From Rhynchopus sp. YZ270_cl-10 (taxonomy: Eukaryota): a DNA stretch of 64,000 nucleotides. Location: the NCBI GenBank assembly GCA_964035575.1, contig OZ037846.1:1364001-1428000 (forward strand), written 5' to 3'. A program made the translations under genes and the position numbers. A model generated the notes under the pieces. The model was given only the letters and a program-made list of their open reading frames with translations, was not told the DNA's origin and ran no database searches. The first letter of the stretch is position 1; each line of letters starts with the position of its first letter. Positions 50,869 to 62,118 of the stretch are shown one piece after another.

Positions 50869-51704
50869 CAGGGCTATTTCTAAAAACCTGTCCCTGTCCC
50901 TGATTTTTGGAAAATGAAAGTTGCCAAAAAATTTGCACGGGGCTTATATACAGGGCTGCCAAAAAATTTGCACGTACTACAGTACTTGCCAAGAGGGGGA
51001 GGATGGGCTTTCTGCTTGAAGAAAGTTGCCGATTTTTTTTTTGTTGAAAAATTTTCTTCCAGATTGTGCAAATAAGGGGTTTTGGTGTATTCTGAAAAAT
51101 CCTAGAGGGCGCACCAAGCCGCGTGCTGGAGGTGCTATGAGGGGGTTTCTTAGAAAACTTGTTCTCTACACCGTACTCATTTTAACAAAAATCAAGAACT
51201 TGCCCAATTCTGCAAATTGACCCCACCGCAGAACGGACGGATTCCGGAAATGCAAATGCCGGTGTTTTCGCGCATTTTCATGTTTCAGCATCTGGGAGAG
51301 AAAATCTGGGTTGTGGGATTTACCTTGGCCCCTTTACCTTACACTCATTTTGACCAAAACCAAGAACTTGGCCATTTCGGCAAATTGACCCCACCACAGC
51401 GCGGACAGATTCCGGAAATGCCAATCGCAGTATGTTTTGGGGCTGAAAAATTTTCAGGGTAAAATTTTTTTGAGCAGCATTTTTTGGCCGAAAATGGGCC
51501 CCACGTATTAGTGACCGGGCTCATATTTTCAAAAATTTAAGTGGCCAAAAAATTGTCCAATTTTCGAGATTGACCCCACCACTGCGCGGGTGAATCCCAA
51601 AAATGCAAATAAGGACGTTTTTGGCACAAAATAAATCTGCCAAAAAATTTGTGTCCCGGATTGGATTTTGGATCCCCCGGACCCCATATTTAGAAATAGC
51701 CCTG
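50869..51704. mobile_element. hAT-like MITE with 8-bp TSD
   Basis: Perfect 16-bp TIR CAGGGCTATTTCTAAA. GTTGACGT at 50861-50868 and 51705-51712. Confidence 0.9.
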
Positions 51705-52207
51705 GTTGACGTCGCAAAGTACAAATATCGTTTGTGCACTGAGCATGTATCTTTCCAGGTGCTGCCTTTGCCACGGGAGGGAGAATGTACCCCTATTATT
51801 TTTGCAACCGACACGCTGAAGAGGACCTGGCCAAATATGGAGTGGGGGTGGAAGCGTGCAATGCAACAAATGGTCGTAGATCTGATCAAACGAAGACTTA
51901 CCCCTCCAACGTATGGCCCCCATCGTACGCTTGCACCACATGCCGACAAATTGCCGGTTCAGAACGGATATATTTTCAAAGATTCGGTTGGCAAGGCTCT
52001 TCTCTTCCAAGAACGAGAAACGAAAAGAAAATAAAAACTCCCCTACCCCTTGGCAGGCTTGCAACATCTACAGCATTTATTTTTTGATCAATTCCCCTCT
52101 CCCTTTACAACCCTTCTTCAGAAGCTGTAACAAAAAAGAAATAAGTGGTGTTCATCCTCGGGGTGTCCACTAAATACAACCAAAGTTTTCAAAAAAAAAA
52201 GAGAAAA

Positions 52208-55200
52208 ATGAAGCTGGTGCAAAAATGCCTTCCTGCGGACTACACGGAGAAGCTTGCTGTTGTGAAGGAGGCGACTTACCAGAAGGTGGCGGACGCTATT
52301 CAGCAAAACGGGGCTACAGACTATGGGTACGTGATCCGCGCGGTGAACGCGCTGATTCAGTGTAAGTTGCACCCGAGTTTGGAGCAACGTCTCGCCATCG
52401 TTGAGTACCTTGCAGCGCAACTGCCGCTCAGGACGGAAAACTCCGCAGAGTTGGTCGCGGGGTTCAAACTTCTTCCAGTCCTGCTCCGTACCCAGCTGTC
52501 ACCTGCCGCCCCGTTTCGCGCATTGTATAAGGTGGACCACGCGCCGTTCCTCGCTTTAGTTGACAAACTTCTCATCCGCAAGCACGGCGACCCGACCAAC
52601 AGTACCAAGGCATTGGTTCCGTACTTCTCTCGCATGATGACGTTTATGTCGAACTTCTGGGCGTCCCCAGAGGCAGTCTGTTGCGAAGTGATTGAACGTT
52701 ACAACAAACACATTGATACCCGCCATCGGCTGGTTGTTGCGGTGATGTACGGTATGCTCCCGGTACGGCACCTCACCCAGGAGCAGGTGGACGTGCTCAT
52801 GAAGACTTCGGTTCACGTTCACGGCGACACTGCGACCTACATATTCCTCTTCTGCACCCGCCTGCTCCGTGCAGAGCTGTCACGTGGAAGTGTCCTGCCT
52901 CTTCCCCTTGCATCTCTCTATCCATGGAGACAGCAGCTGTATCACCAATACTCTGTGATCCAGCCGCAAGATGTGAACGATCCGTTGGTCTGTAGGATTA
53001 GCCTCCTTCTCGCCCGCCTTGAGCACGATAGAGACGGTGATCTGACCCGCATTGTCCGCCGTCTCGCCAACAACACCACAGGGGGTCGTGAAAAGGCTGT
53101 CGCAACGATGTGCAAAGAGCTGTACACCATGGTGCTGAATAGGGTGGGGATCAATGAGACCGCTGCAGGGGGTGAGGACGAAGACGACAGCGACGAGGAG
53201 AAGGAGGAGGAGGAGGAAGAGGAGGAGGACGGGGAGGCGTCGCACAAAGAAAAGCTGCGTGCCTTTGGGGCGGAGGTCGTTGCCCTTCTGGTACCGCTGG
53301 TGAAGCTCTGCACCTTGGTTGCGCCGAAGGCAAGCGTGCACGCTGCTGTCGCGATGCGCTACCTTCTCCTGATTGACAACACCCTGCTCCAAGATATGAT
53401 CACAGTCGCACAAACCTCGATGAGCGTCAACACTGCGAAGGTAGGCAGCCCTGCAAAACTCTTAGAAGTTCTTGCCCCATTCATCTTCGTGCACGGTACG
53501 GAAGACAACGTGGCCTGGCTGCTCCCCCAGGTACTCGACCACCTCGACCCAGCTAACAAATCCCGGCACATCTCGAGGGCATTGCGTGTCGCAGAGTTCG
53601 TCTGCGCCTATACACCGCTGGATACTCCGCAGCTCCGTGATTGGGGTCTCGCGGTTTTTGACAAAATCCTGCAGCTCTCCGAACGCAAAATCGTTACCCC
53701 TGAAACCCAAGCGTTCACCGCATGTCTCAGCAAGCTGTTGTGGGCGTTGGACGAAGAAGGGGTTCGGGTGTGCTGCCAACGGATCACCGATGTGATTGAC
53801 ACCGGAATGTGCGAGGATGAGTACAGCAGCCCGCTGCGGTGTTTCACGGAGGTTGCGCTGGCGTGCGCGGATCGGGATGGGGAGTGGGCGTTCCGGACGG
53901 TGCAGGGCCTGCTCGAAAGAACGAAGCGGGAGTTGGGGTCTTCTCGACCTTCGTTGGCGTGGCCGTGTAGCTTTTTGTTTCAAATGTTGAGCCATATTCC
54001 GGCGGTGGATGGATGCTTCGATTTTGTCCGAGAATGCGCATCAGTTGGCGACGCTCTCATGAGGCACGACCAAGGGAAAGAAGCCTGGCGTGTCAACCTC
54101 GGTGGCATGCTCTTCGCAGGATCGGTCCTCCCCCTCTTCACCATCTGCGGAATCGGCATTGCAACGCGCGATTGGGGACCAACCCCGACACCACTCCAAA
54201 CCATCACCTCCTCATCCATCGAGTGGACCACCTCAGACCCGGTGCAAGCGAAGGCGGGTTTCGCAGTCATGGTGGAGCTGTATAACAAATATATGGGAAC
54301 CTTCGTGGCCGGGGCGGAGAAGGAGGAGGGCCACGGATTGGCCGTCTTTTCTGCATATTTAAACGGCTTTTCGGTCCTGCTTTTGTTATTGAGGGAGCCG
54401 CAGTGCGGGCTCGCGACGCACATCCCTTCGCTGTACTGCACCAATGATCGGAGCGTTTTAGACACCTCTGGTGTTTTGGTTTCATGGGATGATGTGCTTC
54501 GCACAGCAACGCACCTTGCAGATGCGCATGCAACAGACGACTTCAAATCGACCTTGGTTGTTAATGTGTCCCGCGTCTTGACTCACTTTGTGTTGGGTCT
54601 CGATGGGAACGAAATGCCGTACAGCCAAAAGGCGCTTCTTCAGGTTGTGAAAGGGTTGTTCCCTCGCAAGCAGCACCTTCGCACCGTTGTGAGTCGCCAC
54701 GCGTACTATTATACGGTGGTGTGTTTGTCGAAGCTGAGCATCTTGCAGACGCCTTCTGAAATCGAGCACGCATTGTTCAAAAAGCTTGTCTCCAGTTGCG
54801 TTGCAAGCACGACAAAGACGCAGAACGACGCCATCTCCCTAGTTGACACCATCTATGGGGCGTGCCCCAACGGCTACCGCATTGCAGACGTTGTAGACGT
54901 CTGTGTCGATGCCTACCACTCAAACCCTCAGGACAAACGTACCCTTCGTGGCGTCTTCTCGGTCCTTACCCAATCGAATGTACGGGGCCATCTCTGGGAG
55001 GGCGCTGTGAACACTAAGGGGCTTGTCACCATAGCGCTGGAGGCTGCACACCATACTGACGAAGAAGATGTACGCAAACCCCTCGATGCGTTTCTGGACG
55101 GTCTGTTTGCGTCGCATCAGCCGCAAACGTTGTGTGATTTGTCTGCAGGGGAGATCTTCTCTGGGGCGCTGTCGTCGAGCAACAAAGACCGTGCTGCGAG

Positions 55201-56842
55201 GGTGCTTTCTGGGTTGTGTCTTCGGGTCCGTTCGGCAGATGTGTATGGGAACGTGGCGGGGCAGGTGTTCGCGCAGCTTCTCGCAGGGTTCATCAGTGAA
55301 AACACCTCGGTACGTCAGCGGAGTGGGGTCGCCCTTCGTGCCTTCTTCTTCATCAACCGTGGTCTCTTAGAGGGGTTGAAGGAAACATTGTTGTCGGTTT
55401 GTTCTGTTCACTGGCTTTCTAGCGCGCTTGCGTTGAATAGAGAAAATCTTTATACGAAGGCGCAGGAATGTCGTGACGCAACACACGTTGCTAGCGGGAT
55501 GAACATGAGGGTGTGGAAGCATATCTTTCTCTGCGCCGGGGATGATCTGGTGGAGAGAATCGAAGGGTTAGGGATTGTGGCGAATGAGGCAAACTGTTGC
55601 ACAGTCTTTGAAATTGTGGGTGGGCTGTTGAAGTCGTTGAAACATAATAGCACAGAGACTGCAGTGGCGTTTGCGGGGTCGGTGTTGCGCGCGGCGAAGG
55701 AGAGTGGGGAGCAGCAGGTTCAATTTGATTTGTGCGCTGCTGTGGCCTTTGGGGGCCGTGGCGTGCGCAACAACAGCTTCATCGCAGACTTTGTCAAATC
55801 GTATCTGACAAGCTGTCGGGGCTTGCAGGGGCGTCTTGCGCTACTCCGGATCTGCACCTACTATGTGAAGTCTGTGTGCAGTGAGGTGCCAGAGCATCTT
55901 GCAGCATTGGTAGAAATTTTGAGTGGAGTAGCAGAGCGGCAAAGCCTCGTGGAAAACACTGCCTGCCACGAACGGTACGCAGAATTCTTGAAAGACTGTA
56001 TCTACAAGGCGGCGAGAACTACTGCAGAAGGGGAAGTGGTGGCTGTTGTCTCTGGGCTGTTTGAGGAGTTTGACGACGACTCGGCGGAGTTGTTGTTGCA
56101 TATTGCGGGGACACAGAAGGTGTTGAACATCCATCCGTTCATTCCACGTATCCAGGAGGCAGCGTTGAAGCTTGCAACGGAACGCCGTGCCTTTGCCGAC
56201 GATGCGACGCAACGTTTGATTCCATTAATCAGCCGTGCCGTGCGCTGCGTGCTTGGCAGGCCAGAATGCTTGGATCATATGCTAGCCAAGCTGGACAGCG
56301 TTTCAAAGGACGTTCTGCACCTCCGCAAAGGCAAGGTGTTGACGATGGAGGTGCTCACAATGACCTGCTGTCTGTCGCTGCAAATCATGGCAACGAAGGA
56401 CGCTGCGGCAGATCACCTTGAAAGCATTTTGAACAAGGTTGTTGCGCAGACCGCTGATCTGTCCTATATGAAATGCGTGGTTGCGGCGTTCGCGTCTTTG
56501 ACAGTTGGGGTGAAGGAGGAGCTTCTTTCGAACTACATTGTGCTGGCAAAGGATGACACTGTGGCAAAGAGGAAGATCGCAGTGAGATGTCTCGGTGCCA
56601 TAGCATTGGCAGATATGTACCGTCCAAGCTCGTGCGCTTTTGGCGCGTTGAGGGAGTTGATTGTGCTGTCCGCCGACCCCGAGCAGCAGGTCAGCAAGCT
56701 CGCGCACCAGGCCCTCGCTGTCTGGCGGATCATGCTGAAGGAGAAGCCCGTCGTGTGGGACCAGCTCTCTGGGTTGCTCGAGACCGAGGGGGTTCTCGTT
56801 GGGGTGAACACTGCAACCGACTTTAGCACTGCATTTTCTTGA
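52208..56842 (+). CDS. Proteasome activator PA200/Blm10-like HEAT-repeat protein
   Basis: ~1545 aa, helical. LLPQVLDHLDPANK resembles the PA200 L.GID.ND..K block. C-terminal CLGAIALA.MY.P...L..LSADP...V..LA..AL..W resembles the PA200 C-terminal domain. Confidence 0.7.
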   Translation: MKLVQKCLPADYTEKLAVVKEATYQKVADAIQQNGATDYGYVIRAVNALIQCKLHPSLEQRLAIVEYLAAQLPLRTENSAELVAGFKLLPVLLRTQLSPAAPFRALYKVDHAPFLALVDKLLIRKHGDPTNSTKALVPYFSRMMTFMSNFWASPEAVCCEVIERYNKHIDTRHRLVVAVMYGMLPVRHLTQEQVDVLMKTSVHVHGDTATYIFLFCTRLLRAELSRGSVLPLPLASLYPWRQQLYHQYSVIQPQDVNDPLVCRISLLLARLEHDRDGDLTRIVRRLANNTTGGREKAVATMCKELYTMVLNRVGINETAAGGEDEDDSDEEKEEEEEEEEDGEASHKEKLRAFGAEVVALLVPLVKLCTLVAPKASVHAAVAMRYLLLIDNTLLQDMITVAQTSMSVNTAKVGSPAKLLEVLAPFIFVHGTEDNVAWLLPQVLDHLDPANKSRHISRALRVAEFVCAYTPLDTPQLRDWGLAVFDKILQLSERKIVTPETQAFTACLSKLLWALDEEGVRVCCQRITDVIDTGMCEDEYSSPLRCFTEVALACADRDGEWAFRTVQGLLERTKRELGSSRPSLAWPCSFLFQMLSHIPAVDGCFDFVRECASVGDALMRHDQGKEAWRVNLGGMLFAGSVLPLFTICGIGIATRDWGPTPTPLQTITSSSIEWTTSDPVQAKAGFAVMVELYNKYMGTFVAGAEKEEGHGLAVFSAYLNGFSVLLLLLREPQCGLATHIPSLYCTNDRSVLDTSGVLVSWDDVLRTATHLADAHATDDFKSTLVVNVSRVLTHFVLGLDGNEMPYSQKALLQVVKGLFPRKQHLRTVVSRHAYYYTVVCLSKLSILQTPSEIEHALFKKLVSSCVASTTKTQNDAISLVDTIYGACPNGYRIADVVDVCVDAYHSNPQDKRTLRGVFSVLTQSNVRGHLWEGAVNTKGLVTIALEAAHHTDEEDVRKPLDAFLDGLFASHQPQTLCDLSAGEIFSGALSSSNKDRAARVLSGLCLRVRSADVYGNVAGQVFAQLLAGFISENTSVRQRSGVALRAFFFINRGLLEGLKETLLSVCSVHWLSSALALNRENLYTKAQECRDATHVASGMNMRVWKHIFLCAGDDLVERIEGLGIVANEANCCTVFEIVGGLLKSLKHNSTETAVAFAGSVLRAAKESGEQQVQFDLCAAVAFGGRGVRNNSFIADFVKSYLTSCRGLQGRLALLRICTYYVKSVCSEVPEHLAALVEILSGVAERQSLVENTACHERYAEFLKDCIYKAARTTAEGEVVAVVSGLFEEFDDDSAELLLHIAGTQKVLNIHPFIPRIQEAALKLATERRAFADDATQRLIPLISRAVRCVLGRPECLDHMLAKLDSVSKDVLHLRKGKVLTMEVLTMTCCLSLQIMATKDAAADHLESILNKVVAQTADLSYMKCVVAAFASLTVGVKEELLSNYIVLAKDDTVAKRKIAVRCLGAIALADMYRPSSCAFGALRELIVLSADPEQQVSKLAHQALAVWRIMLKEKPVVWDQLSGLLETEGVLVGVNTATDFSTAFS

Positions 56843-58492
56843 GAAAAATAAAGAACAAAACAAAAGGGGGTGTTTAAAAGGGGGTAAATGAGGAGCGATG
56901 GGATGAAGACGAAAAGGGTGTATTAGAGTGTACCAAATGTTAGGTGTAGGTGAGTGCTGATACTTCCTTTTTTTTTGCCAGTTGTGTGTATGTTGTTGAG
57001 AAGGCAACTTCCTCTTTGCATTTCTCGTATTTCAAGTGAAACATTTTTTTTTAAAGGTGACTAAGTATGAGAGGCTTAGGTTCATCTTATAAACCATTTT
57101 TTTTGTGTGTTTGGGAGAATTATTTTCTCAAAGGCCAATTCAAGAACGAGCCATCGCTTCTGCGGTAAAACAATGCAAAAAAGAGAGAGAAAAAGTGAGG
57201 GAAAAGGTGGGCAGCACGCTAGCTGTGTTTGCAACAACGAGTATTGGGGAAACCTGTCATGTGTTGTGTTTCAGGTGCGTGGAGGGGGGAACGTTTCGCT
57301 AACAGAAAAGAAGAACAAAAAAAACTGTACAAAAGAGGGTGGGGAGGGTGGAGAGATGAGTACTAACGTATCACGGTACAGGTGGGGGTGGTATGGGGAG
57401 GGGGCAAACCCATAGAAAAAGTGAGGACCCTGAACAAACACATTATTTTTTGAGCAAAAAAAAAAAATGGATCAAAAAATATGGTACCCAGGTGCCCTAC
57501 GATTGAGCACTTTTGGGGTCAAATTTGATTTTTTCAGAGTTTTTCAGACGACACCTTTTTGGCAGTTGTGTCAATGTGTGCATGTTTAGGAAGGTATCTT
57601 GTTATCTTCTTCGCCCCGCCGACTCCATTTTCTTGGAGCTTCCAGGACTGTGCATGATGAATGCTCCGTTCGCAAAAAAAAAAAGGAACAGTAAAAAAGC
57701 TGTCCAAAAAAAGGGCGGGGATCTGGAGCTGGTGTCAGAATTGGTAACAGAGTAGCAAAAGTAAAATAAAAGTGAGTAAAAAGCAGTCCCAAAGAGGAGA
57801 ACAGAAAGAGCAAAAGGGCATGCACACAACGTGCAAGCAAAGAAACCTGCCCTAACCCTTTTTTGATTTTTTTTTGGGGTGTTTTGAGCGTGTATTATTT
57901 CCCCCCCTCTAACCTTTTGAATCTATTACGCGTGTTAACGGAAGAAAAAACACGAGCTGCGTCTACACCTTCTGTACAAAAAGGCTTTCGGCCAACCGAC
58001 ATTTTGTTCATACCTTTTACCGAGTTGGTGAGACAATGTAAAAACAAAACAAAAAACAAAATAGTGGAGGTCATCCTCGGGTGTCTACACTAAAACAACC
58101 AAGTTTTCAAAAAAAAAAAAAACCAAAAACTTCCTCTACTCTTCTTCCTACGACATTCTTACCTACTTTTGGGGGGAGATGACGACAAGCTGTGTCAGAT
58201 TTTTTTTTCTTCTTTTTTTCTAAAACAAAAAGGCTTGTGTAGTAACGGAAACAAGCAACACCCACCCACCCCTGTGTATTTTCTGGTTGTACAATTGGCT
58301 CTTTATCCCCACCTACGTCGATTTCAATACTATACCTTGCTTCACCTTCGGTGACCCTTACAGGGGGTGAAGGAAGGTTGTGGGAAAAGGATTGTAAATC
58401 CAAAACACCACCCAGTTAGTCAAGAGATGGATGGACAATCAATGGCTGTGTCTTTGCACCACTCCCACAAACAGAAACCACAGAAAACACGA

Positions 58493-59785
58493 ATGGAACT
58501 CAACATCGAGGGATTTGGTGGTAAGACGTACGTCGTCGATGTGGATGTGGATGACACGGCGAAGCAGCTGCGGCAGAAGGTGGCAACTGCAGCGGGGTTT
58601 GCTGAAGACACCTTTGGCATGGACTTCGGAGGGAACGGCGAAGGAGAGGACTTCAACATCACAGCGCTGAGTGCTGGCGGCACAGTCGTATTGACGCAGA
58701 CGAAGCAGCAAGAGTCCATTGCAGCTCTTCGTGCATTGGGTGAGACAGACATCACACCAGAGAGGCTTGCGAGTGTGGAAGACCCGAAGGTAGCGCAGTT
58801 GTTTCTGCAGGCAGACGTTGTATCTGCGATTCCTCGCAAGTTCCTCGCAAGCACTAATTTACGCAGCCTTGATCTGAGTGCCCCGTTGGCTGTTACTGCG
58901 ATTGATGACCACTTCTTATCCCAGTGTTTGTCATTGGAATCAATGAACTTGTCTGGGTTGCGCAACGTCACGACAATAGGCGAGTTCTTCCTGCACGGCT
59001 GCCCGTCATTGTACACTTTTGAGCCATTCAACTTTTCAGGATTGAGCAGTGTCACAAGCCTCGGGGACAACTTCTTATCAGATTGCACGGAGTTATCCTC
59101 CATCAACTTTGCAGGATTGGAGGGTGTCATAAGCCTTGGGGACAGCTTTTTATCATATTGCACGTCGTTAACCTCCATCGACTTTGCAGGATTGAGCAGT
59201 GTCACAAGCCTTGGGGACTACTTCTTATCAGGTTGCTGGGCGTTAACCTCCATCAACTTTGCAGGATTGGGAGGTGTCACAAGCCTTGGGAACTGCTTCT
59301 TATCAGGTTGCACGGCGTTAACTTCGATCGACTTTGCAGGATTGAGGAGTGTCACAAGCGTTGGGAACTACTTCTTATCAGATTGCACAAATTTAACCTC
59401 CATCAACTTTACAGGACTGAGCAGTGTCACAAGGCTTGGGGAACGCTTCTTATCAGGTTGCACTGCGTTAACCTCCATCGACTTTGCAGCATTGAGCAAT
59501 GTCACAAGCGTTGAGAACCTCTTCTTATCACGTTGCACGTCGTTAACCTCCATCGACTTTGCAGGACTGAGCTGCGTCATATGCCTTGGGGACGACTTCT
59601 TATCAGATTGCACGGCGTTAACCTCCATCGACTTTTCGGGATTGAGTGGCGTGACATGGATTGGGAGCAGCTTTATTGAAGGTGGCCTTTCTTTAGAAAC
59701 ATACAACAAGTATAATTCACTGAGAAGCATCTGGTGGGATGAGCTGAACGAGCGGGAGATGATGTCTGGAGATGATCGAGCGTGA
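58493..59785 (+). CDS. UBL + 25-aa LRR protein whose C-terminus lies at the duplication junction
   Basis: MELNIEGFGGKTYVVDV start and repeats LTSIDFAGLSSVTSLGxxFLSxCTx. Confidence 0.88.
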   Translation: MELNIEGFGGKTYVVDVDVDDTAKQLRQKVATAAGFAEDTFGMDFGGNGEGEDFNITALSAGGTVVLTQTKQQESIAALRALGETDITPERLASVEDPKVAQLFLQADVVSAIPRKFLASTNLRSLDLSAPLAVTAIDDHFLSQCLSLESMNLSGLRNVTTIGEFFLHGCPSLYTFEPFNFSGLSSVTSLGDNFLSDCTELSSINFAGLEGVISLGDSFLSYCTSLTSIDFAGLSSVTSLGDYFLSGCWALTSINFAGLGGVTSLGNCFLSGCTALTSIDFAGLRSVTSVGNYFLSDCTNLTSINFTGLSSVTRLGERFLSGCTALTSIDFAALSNVTSVENLFLSRCTSLTSIDFAGLSCVICLGDDFLSDCTALTSIDFSGLSGVTWIGSSFIEGGLSLETYNKYNSLRSIWWDELNEREMMSGDDRA

Positions 59786-60210
59786 CGACGAACACATTGA
59801 TACCCGCCATCGGCTGGTTGTTGCGGTGATGTACGGTATGCTCCCGGTACGGCACCTCACCCAGGAGCAGGTGGACGTGCTCATGAAGACTTCGGTTCAC
59901 GTTCACGGCGACACTGCGACCTACATATTCCTCTTCTGCACCCGCCTGCTCCGTGCAGAGCTGTCATGTGGAAGTGTCCTGCCTCTTCCCCTTGCATCTC
60001 TCTATCCATGGAGACAGCAGCTGTACCACCAATACTCTGTGATCCAGCCGCAAGATGTGAACGATCCGTTGGTCTGTAGGATTAGCCTCCTTCTCGCCCG
60101 CCTTGAGCACGATAGAGACGGTGATCTGACCCGCATTGTCCGCCGTCTCGCCAACAACACCACAGGGGGTCGTGAAAAGGCTGTCGCAACGATGTGCAAA
60201 GAACTGTACA
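59772..60210 (+). pseudogene. Duplicated internal fragment of the Blm10-like gene (copy of ~52688-53126)
   Basis: Near-identical sequence HIDTRHRLVVAV...ATMCKELY, then joined directly to a copy of the sequence from 57134 onward. Confidence 0.92.
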
Positions 60211-60603
60211 GCCAATTCAAGAACGAGCCATCGCTTCTTGCGGTAAAACAATGCAAAGAGAGAGAGAGAGAGAGAGAAAAAGTGAGGGAAAAGGTGGGCA
60301 GCACGCTAGCTGTGTTTGCAACAACGAGTATTGGGGAAACCTGTCATGTGTTGTGTTTCAGGTGCGTGGAGGGGGGAACGTTTCGCTAACAGAAAATAAG
60401 AACAAAAAAAACTGTACAAAAGAGGGTGGGGTGGAGAGATGAGTACTAACGTATCACGGTACAGGAGGGGTAACAAAAAGAAAACCGACGCAGGAGCTTT
60501 TCTTGGAACTGTTTTATTCTCCTCACCCCAACAACAACATCACATTCAGAAAAACACTGTTTTTTTGTTTTTATTCGCTTTCTTTTCTTCTTCCTCACAC
60601 TTT

Positions 60604-61279
60604 CAGGGCCTTCAACGTGTCGAAGTTAAGCCTTAACTTCGACAACTTTTTTATTTTGGGTTTTTTTTTTTGTCGAAGTTCGACAAATCTAAAAAAAAAA
60701 AATGGGATTTTGGCAAAACCGAGTTGCAGGGTAGTCCACGGGAGAAACTCGGTTCAGGGTTTTAACGTTAACATTCTCCTGTGATCCACTGTGACCATTT
60801 GGACAGAGCTCGTAGAACCCAACGAGGAGTGAGCCAGGCAAAAGTAGCGTACCGTGCGCCTGCGGCGCAAGCAGGCATCCCACCCTTCCCATGACATAGT
60901 TTGGCTGTAAATAAAGCGCCATGGTATGCGCAATATTTGAAATGTTGCGTACCGTGGCTTCGCCAGGGACCTTTGCTGTTATAAATGTACTGAGCTTACT
61001 GATAAGAAAGCTGTGACACCCACTACGGCTTGTGGATCACCAGGGCTACAAAGCTCCAAACCAATGCTGCTTGTGTTGAAATACACGTGTGTGGACAGGC
61101 GAAGTTTTTTGGCTGACCGAGTTTCCAAAAATGACCAAAACCTGTATAAACCCCTGAGAGCTTCTCCTTGTGACTTGCTGCACCCGCGCGCGCGGGCTCG
61201 GGGAGGTCATTTTTTTGTTTTTTTTTTTTTTAACTTCGACAAAACTGTGGACAGACTTTGTCGATGGTTGAAGGCCCTG
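60604..61279. mobile_element. hAT-like MITE with 8-bp TSD
   Basis: TIR CAGGGCCTTCAAC. CACACTTT at 60596-60603 and 61280-61287. Confidence 0.9.
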
Positions 61280-62118
61280 CACACTTTGTTACTGTGAAGA
61301 AAAATTTTTTCGTTCCCCTCCCTCCCTCCCAATTTTGTGTTTTTTGCTTCAGTGTTTCCGTCCGAGTTGGCCTAGTGGACCTGAATACCCCTGTTTTCAG
61401 TGCGGCCATGCAGAATGGACCTGAACCAACCCTCTCCGCTTCAGTGTGTTCCATGCGTAGGGTCCGAGTTGGCCTAGTGGACCTGAACCAGCCTCTTTTT
61501 AAACTTTCTTTTCATCATATTGTCGTTCGCAAAAAAAAAAAAGGAACGGTAAAAAAGCTGTCCAAAAAAAAGGGCGGGGATCTGGAGCTGGTGTCAGAAT
61601 TGGTAACAGAGTAGCAAAAGTAAAATAAAAGTGAGTAAAAAGCAGTCCCACAGAGGAGAACAGAAAGAGCAAAAGGGCATGCACACAACGTGCAAGCAAA
61701 GAAACCTGCCCTAACCCTTTTTTGATTTTTTTTTGGGTGTTTTGAGCGTGTATTATTTCCTCCCCTCTAACCTTTTGAAAGCTATTACGCGTGTTAACGG
61801 AAGAAAAAACACGAACTGCGTCTACACCTTCTGTACAAAAAGGCTTTCGGCCAGCCGACATTTTGTTCAGACCTTTTACCAAGTTGGTGAGACAATTTAA
61901 AAACAAAACAAAAATAATAGTGGAGTTCATCCTCGGGTGTCTACACTACAAAAAACCAAGTTTTCAAAAAAAAAAAACCAAAAACTTCCTCTGCTCTTCT
62001 TCCTACGACATTCTTACCTACTTTTGGGGGGGGATGACGACAAGCTGTGTCAGATTTTTTTTCTTCTTTTTTCACCCTATTCTACCATCTATTCAGTAGA
62101 ATAGTTAGTAGATGAAAC

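Noticed and set aside
51705..52034. Coding-like sequence after the MITE cluster
   Set aside because: The ORFs start inside the MITE or are short, and no family was recognised.
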